Positions 12,021 to 25,849 of a stretch of DNA of 64,000 bases are shown here, one piece after another. Positions within the stretch are counted from its first letter, which is position 1. Each line of letters opens with the position of its first letter. The stretch spans positions 21,142,001 to 21,206,000 of the forward strand of contig OX597814.1 of assembly GCA_951406725.2 (NCBI GenBank). The letters are read 5' to 3'. Source of the stretch: Octopus vulgaris. Lineage: Eukaryota. The position numbers and the translations under genes were made by a program. Below the pieces are notes generated by a model. It did no database searches. It was not told the origin of the DNA and saw only the letters and a program-made list of their open reading frames with translations.

Positions 12021-14072
12021 GGTCTATTCTGTTATGAGCCAATCATAACGAAAATCATATAAAGACACAATCATATCATATAGTACATTAAATGATAGCA
12101 AGATATTGCGCCAAGGCAATTATGATAGGGATGATTGTTCGTTTAGCTGTAATTTGTAACTGTGAGAGCAAAATCCTGTACATTAATTATCCTGTCACAC
12201 AAATGTAAAACGTGACGATGTTAGTACATGTGCAATTGATTAGGTATGTATTAAGATCAAACATTCATCTTAAATGCATTAATACATACGTGAAAAGAAA
12301 GCATCACCAGTTTTGAAGAAGTAATTGTACATTGCCGGGAAAGACGCTCTTAGATATCGAATGCAGCCACTGAGAATAAGGGTAAGTAAATGAGAGCCTG
12401 GTATTCTCATCAGTACAGCCCTAAGTATTTGTCTGGGATATCACAGATATAGTCCCTGTAAGGGATGTTCCCATCTCTGCATGTTTAAATTGAATGTTCA
12501 ACTAATTCATAGAGTATTCAGCTAGTTTAATTCTAATTAAGGCTTTAAATACTTTTAGAATACTTCTTATATATGAAAGCGCAGGCTTCCAAATATTTCT
12601 GTAATACATCGAAGGTGTTGAATGATGATACGCGAAGAAATTCAGTAAAAAGGCAGAAATGTAGAAAAGGTAGAAAGAGAGTGAGAGTAAAATAATATAT
12701 GTAATTCTACTTTTGTGTAACCTTTCGTTTTATACAATATATATTCATATATTTTATATATTACTGACATAGAATATTTCCCTCAGTATCTTTTTACATA
12801 CAAAAGCTATAAGATTGCAATGTTATCTAAATTTTAATTTAGTGAGACTGGATTAATTTGAAGTAAAATCCTTACCTAACAATATTAAATAGCATCTCGT
12901 CTGATGTAATATCCACTTTCTTGATTATTCTATTGTGTTCAGCAAATTTGAACAATCGATCTAAATTCCAACAATTCTTTATTTATTTTCAGGGTTTTTA
13001 GGCTACCCGCTCACAGTTTTACAATTGCCCAGCAGATGGTTACCGAAGGTAATTTTTTTTTTTTTCAGTTTTAACTGCATTTCTAATCCATTTACATATT
13101 TCTTTACTCTTGTGTTTCAGAAACTACAATGGCCATGAAGCTTTAAAATATTCAACAATAATAATATTGTAGTGTTTTTTTAAATCCCAGATTTGTTTTG
13201 AGAGTGCATATCTACGACCGAAGACCAAACCATACATTTTAAGACGGAAGAGTGTAGTTTAAGGGATATTTGGCAAGAATTTCTAATAAAATCGTGCAAC
13301 TACACTGAGGTCCCGTCATTATCTCGAAATATTTGTTGGTTGCGGTGGTAGTGAATTTGTGTAATATGAGATCAGCCCTGATCGAGCTCTACGCAGATAG
13401 TCAACCGAAGGACAAGTCGCGTCTCACAGATCCCTGTTCCCAGTTATGTCTTGTTTCCATCTATATTTCGATATGTAATAATAATTATATAGAGAGTGCG
13501 ATCTGACCATCTTCCTATATTGCACTCTCTCTGCTGACAAGCCAATATTTGTATACTCAGATTTTGATGACAGCAACAACGAAGGAGAGCGGGCCATGTA
13601 AACCTGGTCAGAATATTCTTATTCAGCTATTGTTGATGAGGTGTATCTCAGGATTGCATGAGCAGCCAGTGATGCAATTGACATTGTAGTTATTCCTGTG
13701 TATATGTGGTCTAATGTTTTTCTAAGTGGAAGAGATGGTGTTTTGACATATAGTTGTTCTAATTTTCCAAACATTATGTACGACCTGGATTTTCGAAGCT
13801 AGTTATTCATGTAATGGGGAATAAAATGGAGCTTGAAGTGTGCTACATTGTTCCTTTTGTGGTCCAGGTGGTTCTTCGTTTTTTGTACTTTTCGTTTTGT
13901 AATTGGTTTGTAGATGCTGTCAGTGTACAGCTAACGATGCGTAGCGCACAATTTTGTGTTCTTTATATTTACTGTGGATTATTGTGAAGATACAATATTG
14001 CTTGTCCCTCATTGTCGATTATGTTATGTGAATTTATGAGTCGTTTTGCTTTCATTATTACGTTTTCTATAT

Positions 14073-14290
14073 AAGGCGGCGAGCTGCTAGAATCGTTAGC
14101 TCGCCGGACAAAATGCATAACGACATTCCATCCGTCTTTACGTTCGAGTTCAAAATTCGCTGTGGTCGACTTTGCCTTTTATCCTTTCATGGTCGACAAA
14201 ATAAAGACCAGTTGGATATGGAGTCGATGTAATTGACTAACCCCTTTCCCCTAAAACATTATTGTATCTTGTATCAAAACCTGAAGCAAT
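14073..14290 (+). mobile_element. SINE family B
   Basis: AAGGCGGCGAGCTG…GTCGACTTTGCCTTT core shared with other copies. Confidence 0.8.
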
Positions 14291-14550
14291 TATGGTTTCT
14301 ATAAGTGTTGTTGAAGACGTGATGGCTTCTATGTAACTCTTAACAGTTTTGTTTTCTGAGTGAATGTGAGTGTAATATTTGAGAACCAGGATGGTTGTAT
14401 TATATTCGATGTAAACTGGCGTTGCTGGTAAGAAAGAAAATAGTACATTTGATAGGTACTACATTAAGTCTGTTTTGAGGAACCAAATTTCTATATGATT
14501 CGAATATTGTTGGAGTACTCGCGTTGCAGTTTCTAATAATAGTTCAATAT

Positions 14551-14713
14551 AGGCGTAGGAATGGCTGTGTGGTAAGTAGCTTGCTTACGAACTACATGGT
14601 TCCAGGTCCAGTCCCACTGCGGGGCACCTTGGGGAAGTGTCTTCTACTATAGCCTCAGGCCGACCAAAGCCTTGTGAGTAGATTTCGTAGACGGAAAGTG
14701 AAAGAAGCCCGTC

Positions 14714-14749
<36 letters not shown>

Positions 14750-14980
14750 GTTTGTGTGTATATGTTTGTGTATTTGTGTTTGTCCCCTCCCCCAGCATCG
14801 CTTGACAACCGATGCTGGTGTGTTTACGTCCCTGTAACTTAGCGGTTAGGCAAGAAGAGACCGATAGAATAAGTACTAGGCTTACAAAGAATAAGTCCTG
14901 GGGTCGACTTGCTCGACTAAAAGCGGTGCTCCGGCATGGCCACTGTCAAATGACTGAAACAAGTAAAAGAGTAAAAGAGA
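14551..14980 (+). mobile_element. tRNA-derived SINE family A
   Basis: Full-length match to 8858-9255. Confidence 0.85.
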
Positions 14981-15326
14981 ATATGATCGTAATGTTATCT
15001 GCCAATAAGGCTGTCTATGTTAAACAGAGGAATGGAGTGGTTTCTTGAAAGAAGGGTAAGAGAACGTTTGTATGTCATACATATTCAGGAAGTGTTGTTC
15101 TTTTCTACAACATAAATTTGGCGACCAGCATTTAGTGTTGTTCCTTCAACAGATGCTGAGTATTTTTTATTTAAGCATACAGCGAAAAATGGAGTCTATG
15201 GTTTCTAGAATGACATGTATTGGGACTCTTTTATCGTTGATGCCGTCATATATTTTCCACGTTGGGTTTGTATGTAGCATGACGGTTGAGATAAAGGGAG
15301 GGCTGCAACATCCCAGATATTTGTGC

Positions 15327-15390
<64 letters not shown>

Positions 15391-15479
15391 ACGCGTGTGT
15401 ACGTGTGTGTGTATGTGTGTGTTCATACGCAAAGAATGCTACAAGTACTTTGGTATTGATGGAAATACATCATACCAAG

Positions 15480-17155
15480 GTACTTTGAATAAACATAGAG
15501 TGTTCCATGAATATTAAACCAGACTAAGAAACATATGGTAGTCCGAACTCTCCTCTTACAACAAGACAATACCCTGCAATGCCTTTACAGTTCTGATTCC
15601 AAAATTTGGGATACTTGACTGGTCTGTTGAAGAAATCCACTCCGTAGATATTAAAACCCGCAAGATTCTAACATTAACTGAAAATATCCACAAAAATAGT
15701 GATATCAACAGCTTTACATAAAAAGTAATAAAGGAGGAAAAGGCTTGAGATCAGCGTGGACAGCCTTCTAATGTTGCATAGTCTGTCTTAGTCAACACTT
15801 GTAAATAACAGATGCATTAATTGTAAACAGCAGCAGCTGCAACCGTTCAGGAATTTGGGCCTGGAGATCTCCATTTCCAGCGACTTCGAGGGCCACCACC
15901 CAGCAGTGTCGGGCGTCAACGAAGAGCCCTCGACTACAACAAGGCAACCAAAGTTTCTTTTTTTTTTCCAAGGTCTGGGGTCACCCGCCCCTAAAACCCT
16001 AGACCATCACCTAATCACCATTACCCGTCTTGTTTCTTAACAACAACAACAACAACAACAACAACACTAGCATCAGCAACAAACGTAAATGCATTAACTT
16101 AATGCTGAAAAGTGAAGAAAACAATATCCTACGTGTTGGAAGTGAGCCACTCAGGAAGTACTCTCTTCCTGATGACCTCCCATACAACCCCAAATCAGCC
16201 GGACATGCATACCTCAAAGAAGATCTGAAAGTGAAACACTCAGCATACCAAAACAAAAGATCATGCATGGGTATGTTTCTCGCAGACTTGAAGAAGATAG
16301 TAATATTGACATGAAGCGAAGCCTCTCTTGGACTCATGACCGCTGTATTACATCACACTTCGAAGGTTATGCATTTGCAATCCAAAAACAGGAGATTGCT
16401 ACAAAATGCCTAATCAACAAAAGAGACAGTGAAGCCTTCGTAGTTCCAAGATGCAACCGTCAATGTAGATAATGTCATACTTCTGTTGAAGTCATCACAT
16501 GGGTGATTAGTAGCTGCCCAAAAATGTCATCAAGGTACTCCCTCTCTGTGAGACATGACGTTGTCGCAAAAACAATATACAATGCTATTCAGAAAAAAGA
16601 CTGTCCTACTATAAATATAAAGAACCCGCTGTTATTGAATACGTACTCAAATGCCAGCACAAGGAATACTGGTAGAACATTCCTATCAAAATATCGGTCA
16701 AGTGTAAACATAACAGGCCGGATGTTGTTTGGGACACAAAAGAAAATGTACGTATCGTCATAGAGGTCAGTTGTCCAGCTGATGTAAATATCTCTATGAA
16801 AATCGAAGAGAAAGAAGATAATTATGGACAATTACTTCGAAACCTCTAGCTCCTATATCCGGATAACAAATTTACGTTCAGACCAATAATAATTGGAGCA
16901 CTTGATTTTCTAAGTAAATGCCTAACTGACAGTCTGGATAAGCTTCGATTTTCAGAAAAAGAAATCAACCAACTGATTCGCTCGTTACAAATACAATCTG
17001 TAAACGGAACAGTAAAACTATGCAAGACATTTCCCAATTTTAAAATGTGACATTGTTTTCGTTATCTACATTCCAGAGATGAAGCTTTGTATCTTGGTTA
17101 GAAACCAGCTCCTTCTTCAGAGGAAGAATTTGAAAGATTAAATACAGAAGAGACA
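15480..17155 (+). mobile_element. R4/Dong-like non-LTR retrotransposon 3' part (restriction-like endonuclease), decayed
   Basis: FGILDWSVEEI…DIKTRKIL, KGGKGL, zinc knuckle CRxC…SSCP, RHDVVAK, HNRPDV, IEVSCP…K and PIIIGAL; followed by (TACA)n. Further fragments at 17225-17610, 18540-18850 (-) and 37805-37905 (-). Confidence 0.8.
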
Positions 17156-17848
17156 TGTATACATACATACATACATACATACATACATACATACATACAT
17201 ACATACGATATATTATCTGCCCTTGAAGCATAATATAGGTGCAAAGACTATTTACAACGCTACCAGCAGAAAAGATTGCCCTGACACATATATCAAAGGC
17301 ATGTCAGAATCATCATATATTCACACCATTAAAAACAGAGAATACTGGTAGAACACTCCTATAAAAACAGCAATTCGGTGCAAAATATAACAGATATGAT
17401 ATTGTTTTATACGGAATTAATGCGAAATTTACATCTTACGTGTCTTGACTATGAATTCTCATTTGTATCTATAATTATAGGCCCATTAGGCTATGTACCG
17501 ACAAATTTACACAAAATCTTAGAAATATTAGGTGTTTCGAAGTTGGAGCTAAAGAAACTGACGAGGATCTCCAAATTCAGTCTATTAGCGGTACAGTAAT
17601 AATTTGTTCGACATTACAAATATCTTCAATCTGAGATTCTTTAGATGTTTCGATGCATACACTTGAGTGTGGATCAAATCATCTAAAGAATCCCAGATTG
17701 AGAATATGTTCAACCAACTACACTACAAATTTACAAACTCCATGAACTTCAACTCAAAAAGTCTTGCCGCTTTGTTACCGACCGGTTATCTCTTATGAAC
17801 AACTTACAACTCAAATAAAAAGCATATGTGCAAGTCCGTATATGAGCA

Positions 17849-17917
<69 letters not shown>

Positions 17918-18008
17918 GGGAGAGAGTTCACGAAAAATACAAAAGACGAAGACAGGTCGTGTACAAACAAACAGATGTATTAGTATAACGCTCAGGAATA
18001 GAAAAAGT

Positions 18009-18044
18009 CTTTTACGTTTCGAGCCTACGCTCTTCTACAGAAAG
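18009..18044 (-). ncRNA. Minimal hammerhead-like motif with CUGUAGA core
   Basis: Minus strand CUUU-CUGUAGA-A-GAGC(guag)GCUC-GAAAC-GUA-AAAG. Lies in a ~185-bp repeat between (TA)n tracts (17918-18100); a decayed copy is at ~59739-59900. Confidence 0.6.
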
Positions 18045-18335
18045 GGACACAGAAAAAAACAAGGAGAGAAAAAAATGTGTGTAGTCGCTACCGATCTATC
18101 ATTTATATATATATATAAATACAGTGTACATTTAAACACAATGTACACTGTATTTTTATATGAATAATATATAGTCTATTGACTAGTTTTTTTCTTCTCG
18201 CCAGACCACTGGTAGCAAAGAAATTTTCTAATTTTTTCTTTGCTACCCTGAAATATATGTATGTACGTATGTATGTATGTATGTATGTATGTATGTATGT
18301 ATGTATGTATGTATGTATGTATGTGTATATACATA

Positions 18336-18371
<36 letters not shown>

Positions 18372-18379
18372 TGTATGTG

Positions 18380-18434
<55 letters not shown>

Positions 18435-18725
18435 GTATGTATGTATGTATGCATGCATGTATGTGCGTATGAATGCATGTACGTATGTATGTATTCTCAT
18501 GCGTACAGTTACATATCTAGACATGTTCATACATATCTAAATGATAAACTTCTGGAAAGTGTTACAGATTTTTACATTTCCAGTGATAAATAGGATCTGT
18601 AGTCTTCGAATTAGCTTTCTCCTTTCTGATATTGTAGTATGTATGTATGCATGTATGTATGTATGTATGTATGTATGTATGTATGTATGTATGTATGTAT
18701 GTATGTATGTATGTATGTATGTATG

Positions 18726-18756
<31 letters not shown>

Positions 18757-20387
18757 GTCTCTTCTACTTGTAGTTATTTGATATCTTCCTGTAAGGAAGG
18801 AGTGGTTTCTAACAAAGATGCAAAGCTCTATTCTTGGAATCTAGATAACAAAACAAGCACATATTTTGAACTCGAAAACCTTTTGCATGTATGCATACAT
18901 ACACCCTTCACACACGTTTTCTATTTCCGATTCACTCAGAACACACTGATCAACGCGAAGCTATGATAGAAAACACTACCCTAAAGTGCTTCGCAGAATG
19001 ATTGAACTGAGCGAAAAGCATATTTTGAACACACGGCGTTGCCATCTACTATATACAGAAAGAATAAAGTTCTTTGGCTCACATTTGCAATATATAATTA
19101 ACTATTTCTTTGTAGAATGATAAACAAGTGTGTAACAAACATGTTCCAGTCATTAATTCGTGTGGCATATATACACAAGGCAACGCTGAATTTGTAAGAT
19201 GATGGATTATAGATTAATCTGCGTTGACATTTTATTAGTATTTATTTTATTGACCACAGAAAGAAAAATAAACATTCGACCATCTGGACAATAACTGAAC
19301 ATAAAGCAGTTGAAATTAAACCACCAAAATGAATTCTTGCGTGTAATAATTTACTAGGTCGTTTCCGTAGCTACGCCGTTGGTAAAAATATTTGTTAATC
19401 ATGCACGTACCTTCATAAATTGTTGAAAGTGAAAGTCTTTTTAAAAATCTGTGTTGCGTTGTCTAAGTATTGAAAGACACAAAAACACACACACACATAC
19501 ATACAAATACGTATAAACAGCTAAAGAAATGTGTGGAAGGTGTTTGTGTGTGGTGGGTGTATTCACACATAGCTATTTTTGAAATTTGTTTTGTGTTGAT
19601 AGACTTGCACTTAAAATGCCCGCATTTTAAATCAAAACTTGCTTGTTACTAGCTAATTAATTTATTTTTCTCAAAGGAAAATTTAAGAAGGCGAGAAAAT
19701 GGAATCAGACGGATTTCATTTTCTGCACACAGATCGGGTTGTGTGGTCCTCATTCCGACTAATACATGATACGACTGGAATACTGAAATTTATTAATCAA
19801 ACTCGGTCATTTGATTTTATGCATGCAAGCGTTATCAAATGGCAGCAACAACTAGTTTAACGAGCCAGCTGTGGTACATAGTCAAATTTTAAGATTGTAT
19901 TGAAATTTATCTTTCTGCAACTCATTGTTAACAAGATAAGTAACCATCATAGTGCCAGGGTTGACATTTAAAAGCGTTTACGAGAATGAGTTCATAAGAG
20001 TCATCGTGTCTATGGAAATTGCCTGAAATTTAGAATTTCACTGTTTACAAACTAATGAGATCCTGATGTGAATGTTTTATTTTTTCAGTCAGAAAATCCC
20101 AGGCTCATTCAGATATTCGTGGGTAATATAGATTATTATCTGAACGATTTTCAGTCATAGAATTTTTTGAATTGTTCTAAGCTCAGTTCTTATTTAATAT
20201 TACTTATTTAATAATACGATGTACAACATTATTTTGGACAATGTAAAGTGTAAGGAATATAAGTAACCGTGTAGTGAAATGCAAACGACTGGTTTATATG
20301 ATATGATCGGCTATAACTTCTGATAGTTGCAGTCCAGGGTCGGAAATCAGAAATGAGTTATCAACGGGTCCCAATTTTCATCAAGTG

Positions 20388-20690
20388 GAGGCACATGGCC
20401 TAGTGGTTAGAGCAGTGGACTCGCGGTCGAGAGATCGCGGGTTCGAATATCAGACCGGACGATGTGTGTGTTTATGAGCGAAACACCTAAGCTCCGCGCG
20501 GCTCCGGCAGAAGGTAATGGCGAACTTCTACTGATACTTTCGCCACAACTTTCTCACTCTTTCCTCTTGCATCTTGCAGCTCACCTGCGATGGACCGGCG
20601 CCCCGTCCAGGTGAGGAACCTATACGCCAAAGAAACCGGGAAACCGGCCCTTATGAGCCAGGCATGGCTCGAGAAGGAACAAACAAAAAC
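20388..20690 (+). mobile_element. tRNA-derived SINE family C
   Basis: A-box TGGCCTAGTGG, B-box GGTTCGAAT, tRNA-like head followed by a non-tRNA body and (ACAA)n tail. Confidence 0.8.
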
Positions 20691-21197
20691 AACAATTTTC
20701 ATCAAGGTCTTCATTCAAATTTATTGTAATCATAACCATTACGTCTCCAAAATCATCTAATTTCGTAGCTTGTGTTCGATACAAATCATAGAGCGCACTA
20801 TTGAACATAATAATTGTAGTATTTTGATCACATCCACAAACGACATCCTGTTCTTTAAAAAGATGACAGAGTCTGGAAACAATTGTAACGCCTTTGATGA
20901 TGACAACTATACGCTATCAGACCTACACCAGAGTCAAACAACAGCAATGACGCTTATCTTATTGTGGATAAGCAAGCTAATCAGTAGTAAACTGGAAAAA
21001 CAAAATCCTGAAAATAGCGATTAGTTTGTTGTCCCAAAATATAAAATAAGAACACTGAACATGTAATGAAGTACATAGTTGTCCAGAAAGTAAGGGATAT
21101 TTATGAAGCTAATTCCGACTACCCTCTGAATTAATCGATGAGAGATTTCAAAATGTTTGAAACAAACGCTTCACAATGCTTGATAACAAATCGCCCA

Positions 21198-21238
<41 letters not shown>

Positions 21239-21651
21239 AGTGTGTGTGTGTGTGAGAGAGTGTGTGTGTGTGTGTGTATGTGTGTGTGTGGGTCTGTGTC
21301 TGTGTGTGTAAGAGAGAGAGAGAGAGGAAATTTAGATATACTGAAATGGAGCATGGTCTGCTAATAAAGGAAGAAGGAAGTGAGTGGGATGATACACATT
21401 AAGCGCAGTTCTCTAAACTATATTTTTTCTCTTTATCTTTTACTTTTATATTCATGTTTTATGGTTATTATTTATTTTGAAATTGCTTAAAGTTTCTTTT
21501 TAAATTCTCTTTAACCCCAGGAGATATATTAGATAAAGACCTTTACAATCTAAAATGTATACTCTCATGATTACCACCAACATTTTTATAGAGGATCAAA
21601 TAAATTGTATGTGTAAGTGTGTCTGTGTGTATTTCCGCTATTGTGCTGATA

Positions 21652-22674
21652 ATGTGCTATTTATTTTTCTGTCTATACATTGCAAAAGGATTTACTTTTG
21701 TCTCTTCATTCTATCAACAGATCATTCCAGGATCGGCGACAATTCCAACAGAGTTTTCTAACACATATCAACTGAAGCTCAGGGAAACAATTAATAGCAA
21801 ATTGTTTCAAACAAATCCCATCAAGGAGAAACAACAAACAAAAGCACCACATTTACTATCAAAAGGTCTTAAATTTTCAAGAAATTTAGCCAAAAAAAGA
21901 CCAGGGCTATTTTCATCGAACGCAACGAGAGAGCAAAACTTTAAACGGAAACAATTACTAAATGGTCAGTGTCAGCGACATGGTGTCAGACGCCCTCCGC
22001 TTAATTATCTGATGCTTGTGAACCACCAACATAAAATGGTATTCTGCTACATCCCTAAAGTTGGCTGCACATTCTTTAGACGCCTTATGTTGATTCTCAA
22101 AGGGAAATATCAGAATGGTTCTAGTCCGTATGATATAGCACCAACCAAAATACGCACCAAGGGAATAAGACTCCTTGTGAAACGTCCCAGAGAAAAAGCT
22201 GCAATATTGAGGACTTACAAGAAAGTAGTTTTTGTTCGGGATCCTTATGCACGCCTTTTTTCAGGTTATCTCGACAAAATTTTCTTGCCACAACAAAATT
22301 TTAAAACCCTGTGTACTTATATTATTAAAACTTTCAGGAAAAGTGTGGTTAAAAATTCAAGTATTATATGTCCTCTTGATGTAACTTTTGAAGAATTTTT
22401 GCGTTATGTCATCCATTCAAATCTGAAGAATGTAAAAAAAAATTATCATTTTGGTATGATGCATGATCTGTGTGGTACCTGTAATATCAAGTATGATATC
22501 ATAGGGAAACTCGATACTTTTGTCCCTGATTTGAATTTAATGTTTGAAGAAATTGGTGAAGGTCATAGAATGTCAGTCAAAAATATGGTAACTGAGAGAG
22601 TTGGATTTGAACTTACAGGTGTCGTTGAGCTAGCCTTTCATAAGAAGAATAATAGATGTGTGGATTTCTCGCAA
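21652..22674 (+). CDS. Carbohydrate sulfotransferase (Sulfotransfer_2; CHST11/HNK-1ST-like), coding exon 1
   Basis: PAPS 5'-PSB motif CYIPKVGCTFFRR, 3'-PB motif VFVRDPYARLFSGYLDK and YDIIGKLDTF. Hydrophobic N-terminus after the first in-frame ATG (21652). Ends at phase-0 donor CAA|GTAAGT (22675). Upstream acceptor candidate tttaaccccag|g at 21520. Start codon uncertain. Confidence 0.9.
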
Positions 22675-23179
22675 GTAAGTGACAAGCCTTGTATGTCTTT
22701 ATTTGAAAATAGTGACCTACTTAATAATCCGCCACAAATTAAGTAATGAATTGGTTTGCTTTCTTTTTTAATTAGCGAGAGTATCATAGGCTAAAGGTAA
22801 GCTCACAAAAAGCTGCATCTGTAAGCTGTTTTCATCTTTGTTTACTGTCACACAAAATCATTAAAAGCATGAAAGACAAGCAGTTTCATTTCGTACTGTG
22901 CTCTGAAATCGACACTTTTTGTTATTTAATAGATTCCCATTTTACATAGAGAGATGGCCATTATGTTGAGTTGATCACCCTGTAACAATAGTTAAGCTAC
23001 CGGGAAAACTAGGATGCAACCCAATTTCAACTTAGACCACTCTGCTACAAATGATTGTATGAAAATAGGAGTTCTAATGTGTGCTCCTTTTTCTTGTTAG
23101 ATATAAGCCATTGTGCTTAGTAAAAATGTTTAATCGATATTGTTGTGAATGTTCGTAGTCTTCAATATACGCACTATTA

Positions 23180-23390
23180 GGGTGGTGAGCTGGTAGAACC
23201 TTTAGTACGTCGGGAAAATTGCTATGCGGCATTTTGTCCGTTTATGTTCAAACTCCGTCAAGGTTGATTTTGCTTTTCATGTTTACGAGGTCGATAAAAT
23301 AAGCACCAGTTAAGTGTAGGGGGTCTATGTAATCGACTTAGCCCCTTCCCGAAATTCCTAGCCTTTTGCCAAAATTTGAAACCAATATAA
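23180..23390 (+). mobile_element. SINE family B in the sulfotransferase intron
   Basis: GGTGGTGAGCTGGTAGAACC…TGTAATCGACTT…CCAAAATTTGAAACC. Confidence 0.75.
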
Positions 23391-23430
23391 TATTCTCTAT
23401 TTATTATACTCATGTTTCTTAAATTTTCAG

Positions 23431-23766
23431 ATTTTGCGCCGCACATGGCGAAAAGCTCAGATTCGAGGATTCGTCAGTATGGATTTAGATTTCCCTTTTA
23501 CCAATAACCAGACACTATTTGTAACTAAACAAGAATTTTTAGATACTATTAAAGATGCCAGTCTGGTTTCAAAAACTGATAAAAGTTTAAAAGTCATCAA
23601 AAATGAAGCAATGTCTTACGCTTATAGTACAGTACCAATGGATGTTTTAGATCAGTTAGAGGTTCTTCTAAAAGATGACTGTTTACAATTTGGATACGAC
23701 ACAAGGCCAAAATATGTATTCGAAGCCAATCAACGAACATGGAATTTTAATTATTTTAATGTTTGA
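23431..23766 (+). CDS. Carbohydrate sulfotransferase, terminal coding exon
   Basis: Acceptor ttcttaaattttcag|ATT at 23430 joins in phase 0 (…VDFSQ|ILRRTWRKAQIRG…). C-terminal LKDDCLQFGY matches the family D..xFGY end. TGA at 23764-23766. Spliced product about 452 aa. Confidence 0.88.
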   Translation: MLRRTWRKAQIRGFVSMDLDFPFTNNQTLFVTKQEFLDTIKDASLVSKTDKSLKVIKNEAMSYAYSTVPMDVLDQLEVLLKDDCLQFGYDTRPKYVFEANQRTWNFNYFNV

Positions 23767-24196
23767 GATATATACATTTAAAATGAAGCACAATTTATTA
23801 ATAATTTTGAGGGTATTTATGGTTTTGCTTTTGTGTATATGCTGTTGTTGTTGTTTAGTACTACATCACCTTCATGGAACCCATATCAAAGATATCACCC
23901 CAGAGACGATTACATCATTAGTTTTCTAAACCAGGCCCTACAGTGTCTATCTACTGTTTCATGTTTTAGACGGTTGGATATGATGTGAGAGAGATAAAGC
24001 TCTTACTTCTGGCGGGCGACCGCATACGTGTTTTAAAGTATTTTATTTATACTATGTAAGGGTACACGCCATATGCGAACTTGTGATAAACATTTCTCAG
24101 CGACATACATCATTGTTTACCGCAGCTTCAGTCTGTTTGTGTATTCTACCTCTGCAGCATCATGGATACAACTTAGTGAGTTGAAAGATGATGTTC

Positions 24197-24257
<61 letters not shown>

Positions 24258-24462
24258 CTGTGAAAGTTTCTCTTACGTATATTTCTACATGACATACAAT
24301 CATATAATGCTTAGTATGCATATCGAAGTAAAATGTACATATATAATATGGAATGTTGAAATAAATAATACTAGACTGAGAAGACTATGAAACGGCTGTA
24401 ATCATGGAGACATCATATAGATTTAATAAATCTGTATTCACTTCTTATGCATCCTGATTATA

Positions 24463-24625
24463 TGATTATATCGTGATGATGGACTGATTTTATTGAGAAA
24501 TTTGAACAGTCATAGGTATGATAGATTTGTGGAAAATTGATTAAATAATTTCAGGAAAATAGAAGACACTAACCTTATTGCAGTTAATCTTTTTAGACAC
24601 AGCCTTGAAATTAGATAATATCTGA
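24463..24625 (+). mobile_element. Penelope-like element RT fragment
   Basis: Translates LYRDDGLILLRNLNSH…DTNLIAVNL, matching the PLE GLYRDDGL…TNLxxVNFLDV region; contains stops. Confidence 0.7.
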
Positions 24626-25055
24626 TAAACTTGTTGATATCTTTCCAGCTATATAATTTAAGGTCTAAGGAAGGTAACTCTTTTTTTTTCATTTTCTACA
24701 TTTTAGTTTTTCCTTTTTTTTTTTTTTGTTTGCCGCTTTTCGTTTTCCGTTTTTTTTAACCTGACGTGTTTCCTATATCCTGTCTTCTCAACTTTTGCGC
24801 GTTTCTTCTTTTATCCATTATTTTTTTAGTTCGTTATGATATTTGGTTTGTGTCTGATGAATATGCTTGAGATATTTCTCAACATATCATATTATTAGTA
24901 GCACTTAAAGACATGTATTGTCCTTAAAATAAATATCTATCTTTCACCTGATGGAGTACTTATTTTGTTGATCTTTTCAGCACAGAACAGTACCTTATGA
25001 TACACACACACATACACACACGCAAATATACATATGCGCACACGCACACACACAA

Positions 25056-25097
<42 letters not shown>

Positions 25098-25199
25098 TGA
25101 AGGCGCATGGCTCAGTGGTTAGAGCGTCTACGGCGCTATGTGAGCGTATGATGGTAACCAGATGTGTTAAGATGTAGGTTTACATCTACTGAGGAAAAA

Positions 25200-25540
25200 A
25201 ATGCTGATATGAATTGTGGCTTATATCGTGATGATGGGCTGATTCGGTGGAGAAATTTGAAGTTATAAGCATGATAGATTTATGGAAATGTTGATTAACA
25301 ATTTCAGGAAAATAGAAGACACTAACCTTATTGCAATTAAAATTTTTAGAGTCAGCCACGAAACTAGATAATAATAGTTTCAGACAATAGCACAAACCAA
25401 ATGAAAAATATGTATACAAACATAGGAAATTAAATCATCTCCTCAGTACGTTGAAAAAAATAGTCGACAATGTTAATGAGGGATATTCTGGATATCTTTC
25501 AATGAAGATAATTTCATGGATATTATAATGAAGCCCTCAG
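25200..25540 (+). mobile_element. Penelope-like element RT/thumb fragment
   Basis: CGLYRDDGLI…FLES…HKPNEKYVYKHRKLNH…YNEAL resembles PLE KPNxxPxYIxxxSNHPP…YNEAL; frameshifted. Confidence 0.7.
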
Positions 25541-25849
25541 CACAAAATTCTTCCACCGTGTGCTATTTTAATATGAAAATTTCGTTTTTATAGGAATATG
25601 AATGATAGATTTGGAATTTGTAGGTGACGAAGCGAAAAGAAGCAGAAGTAAATACGTCCCCGATCCTATGACGTCATTCGCAGCCCCAACTTTGTTTTTC
25701 ACATGTATCTAGGAGGGGACTTTTCTTCTGAGACATTATCCACTGCGGAAAGTCTTTTGAAGTCCGAACGTATTAGAATGTGCTAGATGCAACATTACTC
25801 ACACATTATTTACATTCGACGGATATTTGTCCTCATCTTGTTTGCTGTT

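Noticed and set aside
18176-18756. Many YIYI/MYVC/HTHT ORFs here and across the window
   Set aside because: Translations of (TA)n, (TATG)n and (CA)n microsatellites.
20388-20460. tRNA gene
   Set aside because: The tRNA-like head lacks a proper acceptor stem and continues into a SINE body and tail.
22675-22746. C-terminal extension of the 375-aa ORF
   Set aside because: Lies after a strong GTAAGT donor; the true C-terminus is in the 23431-23766 exon.
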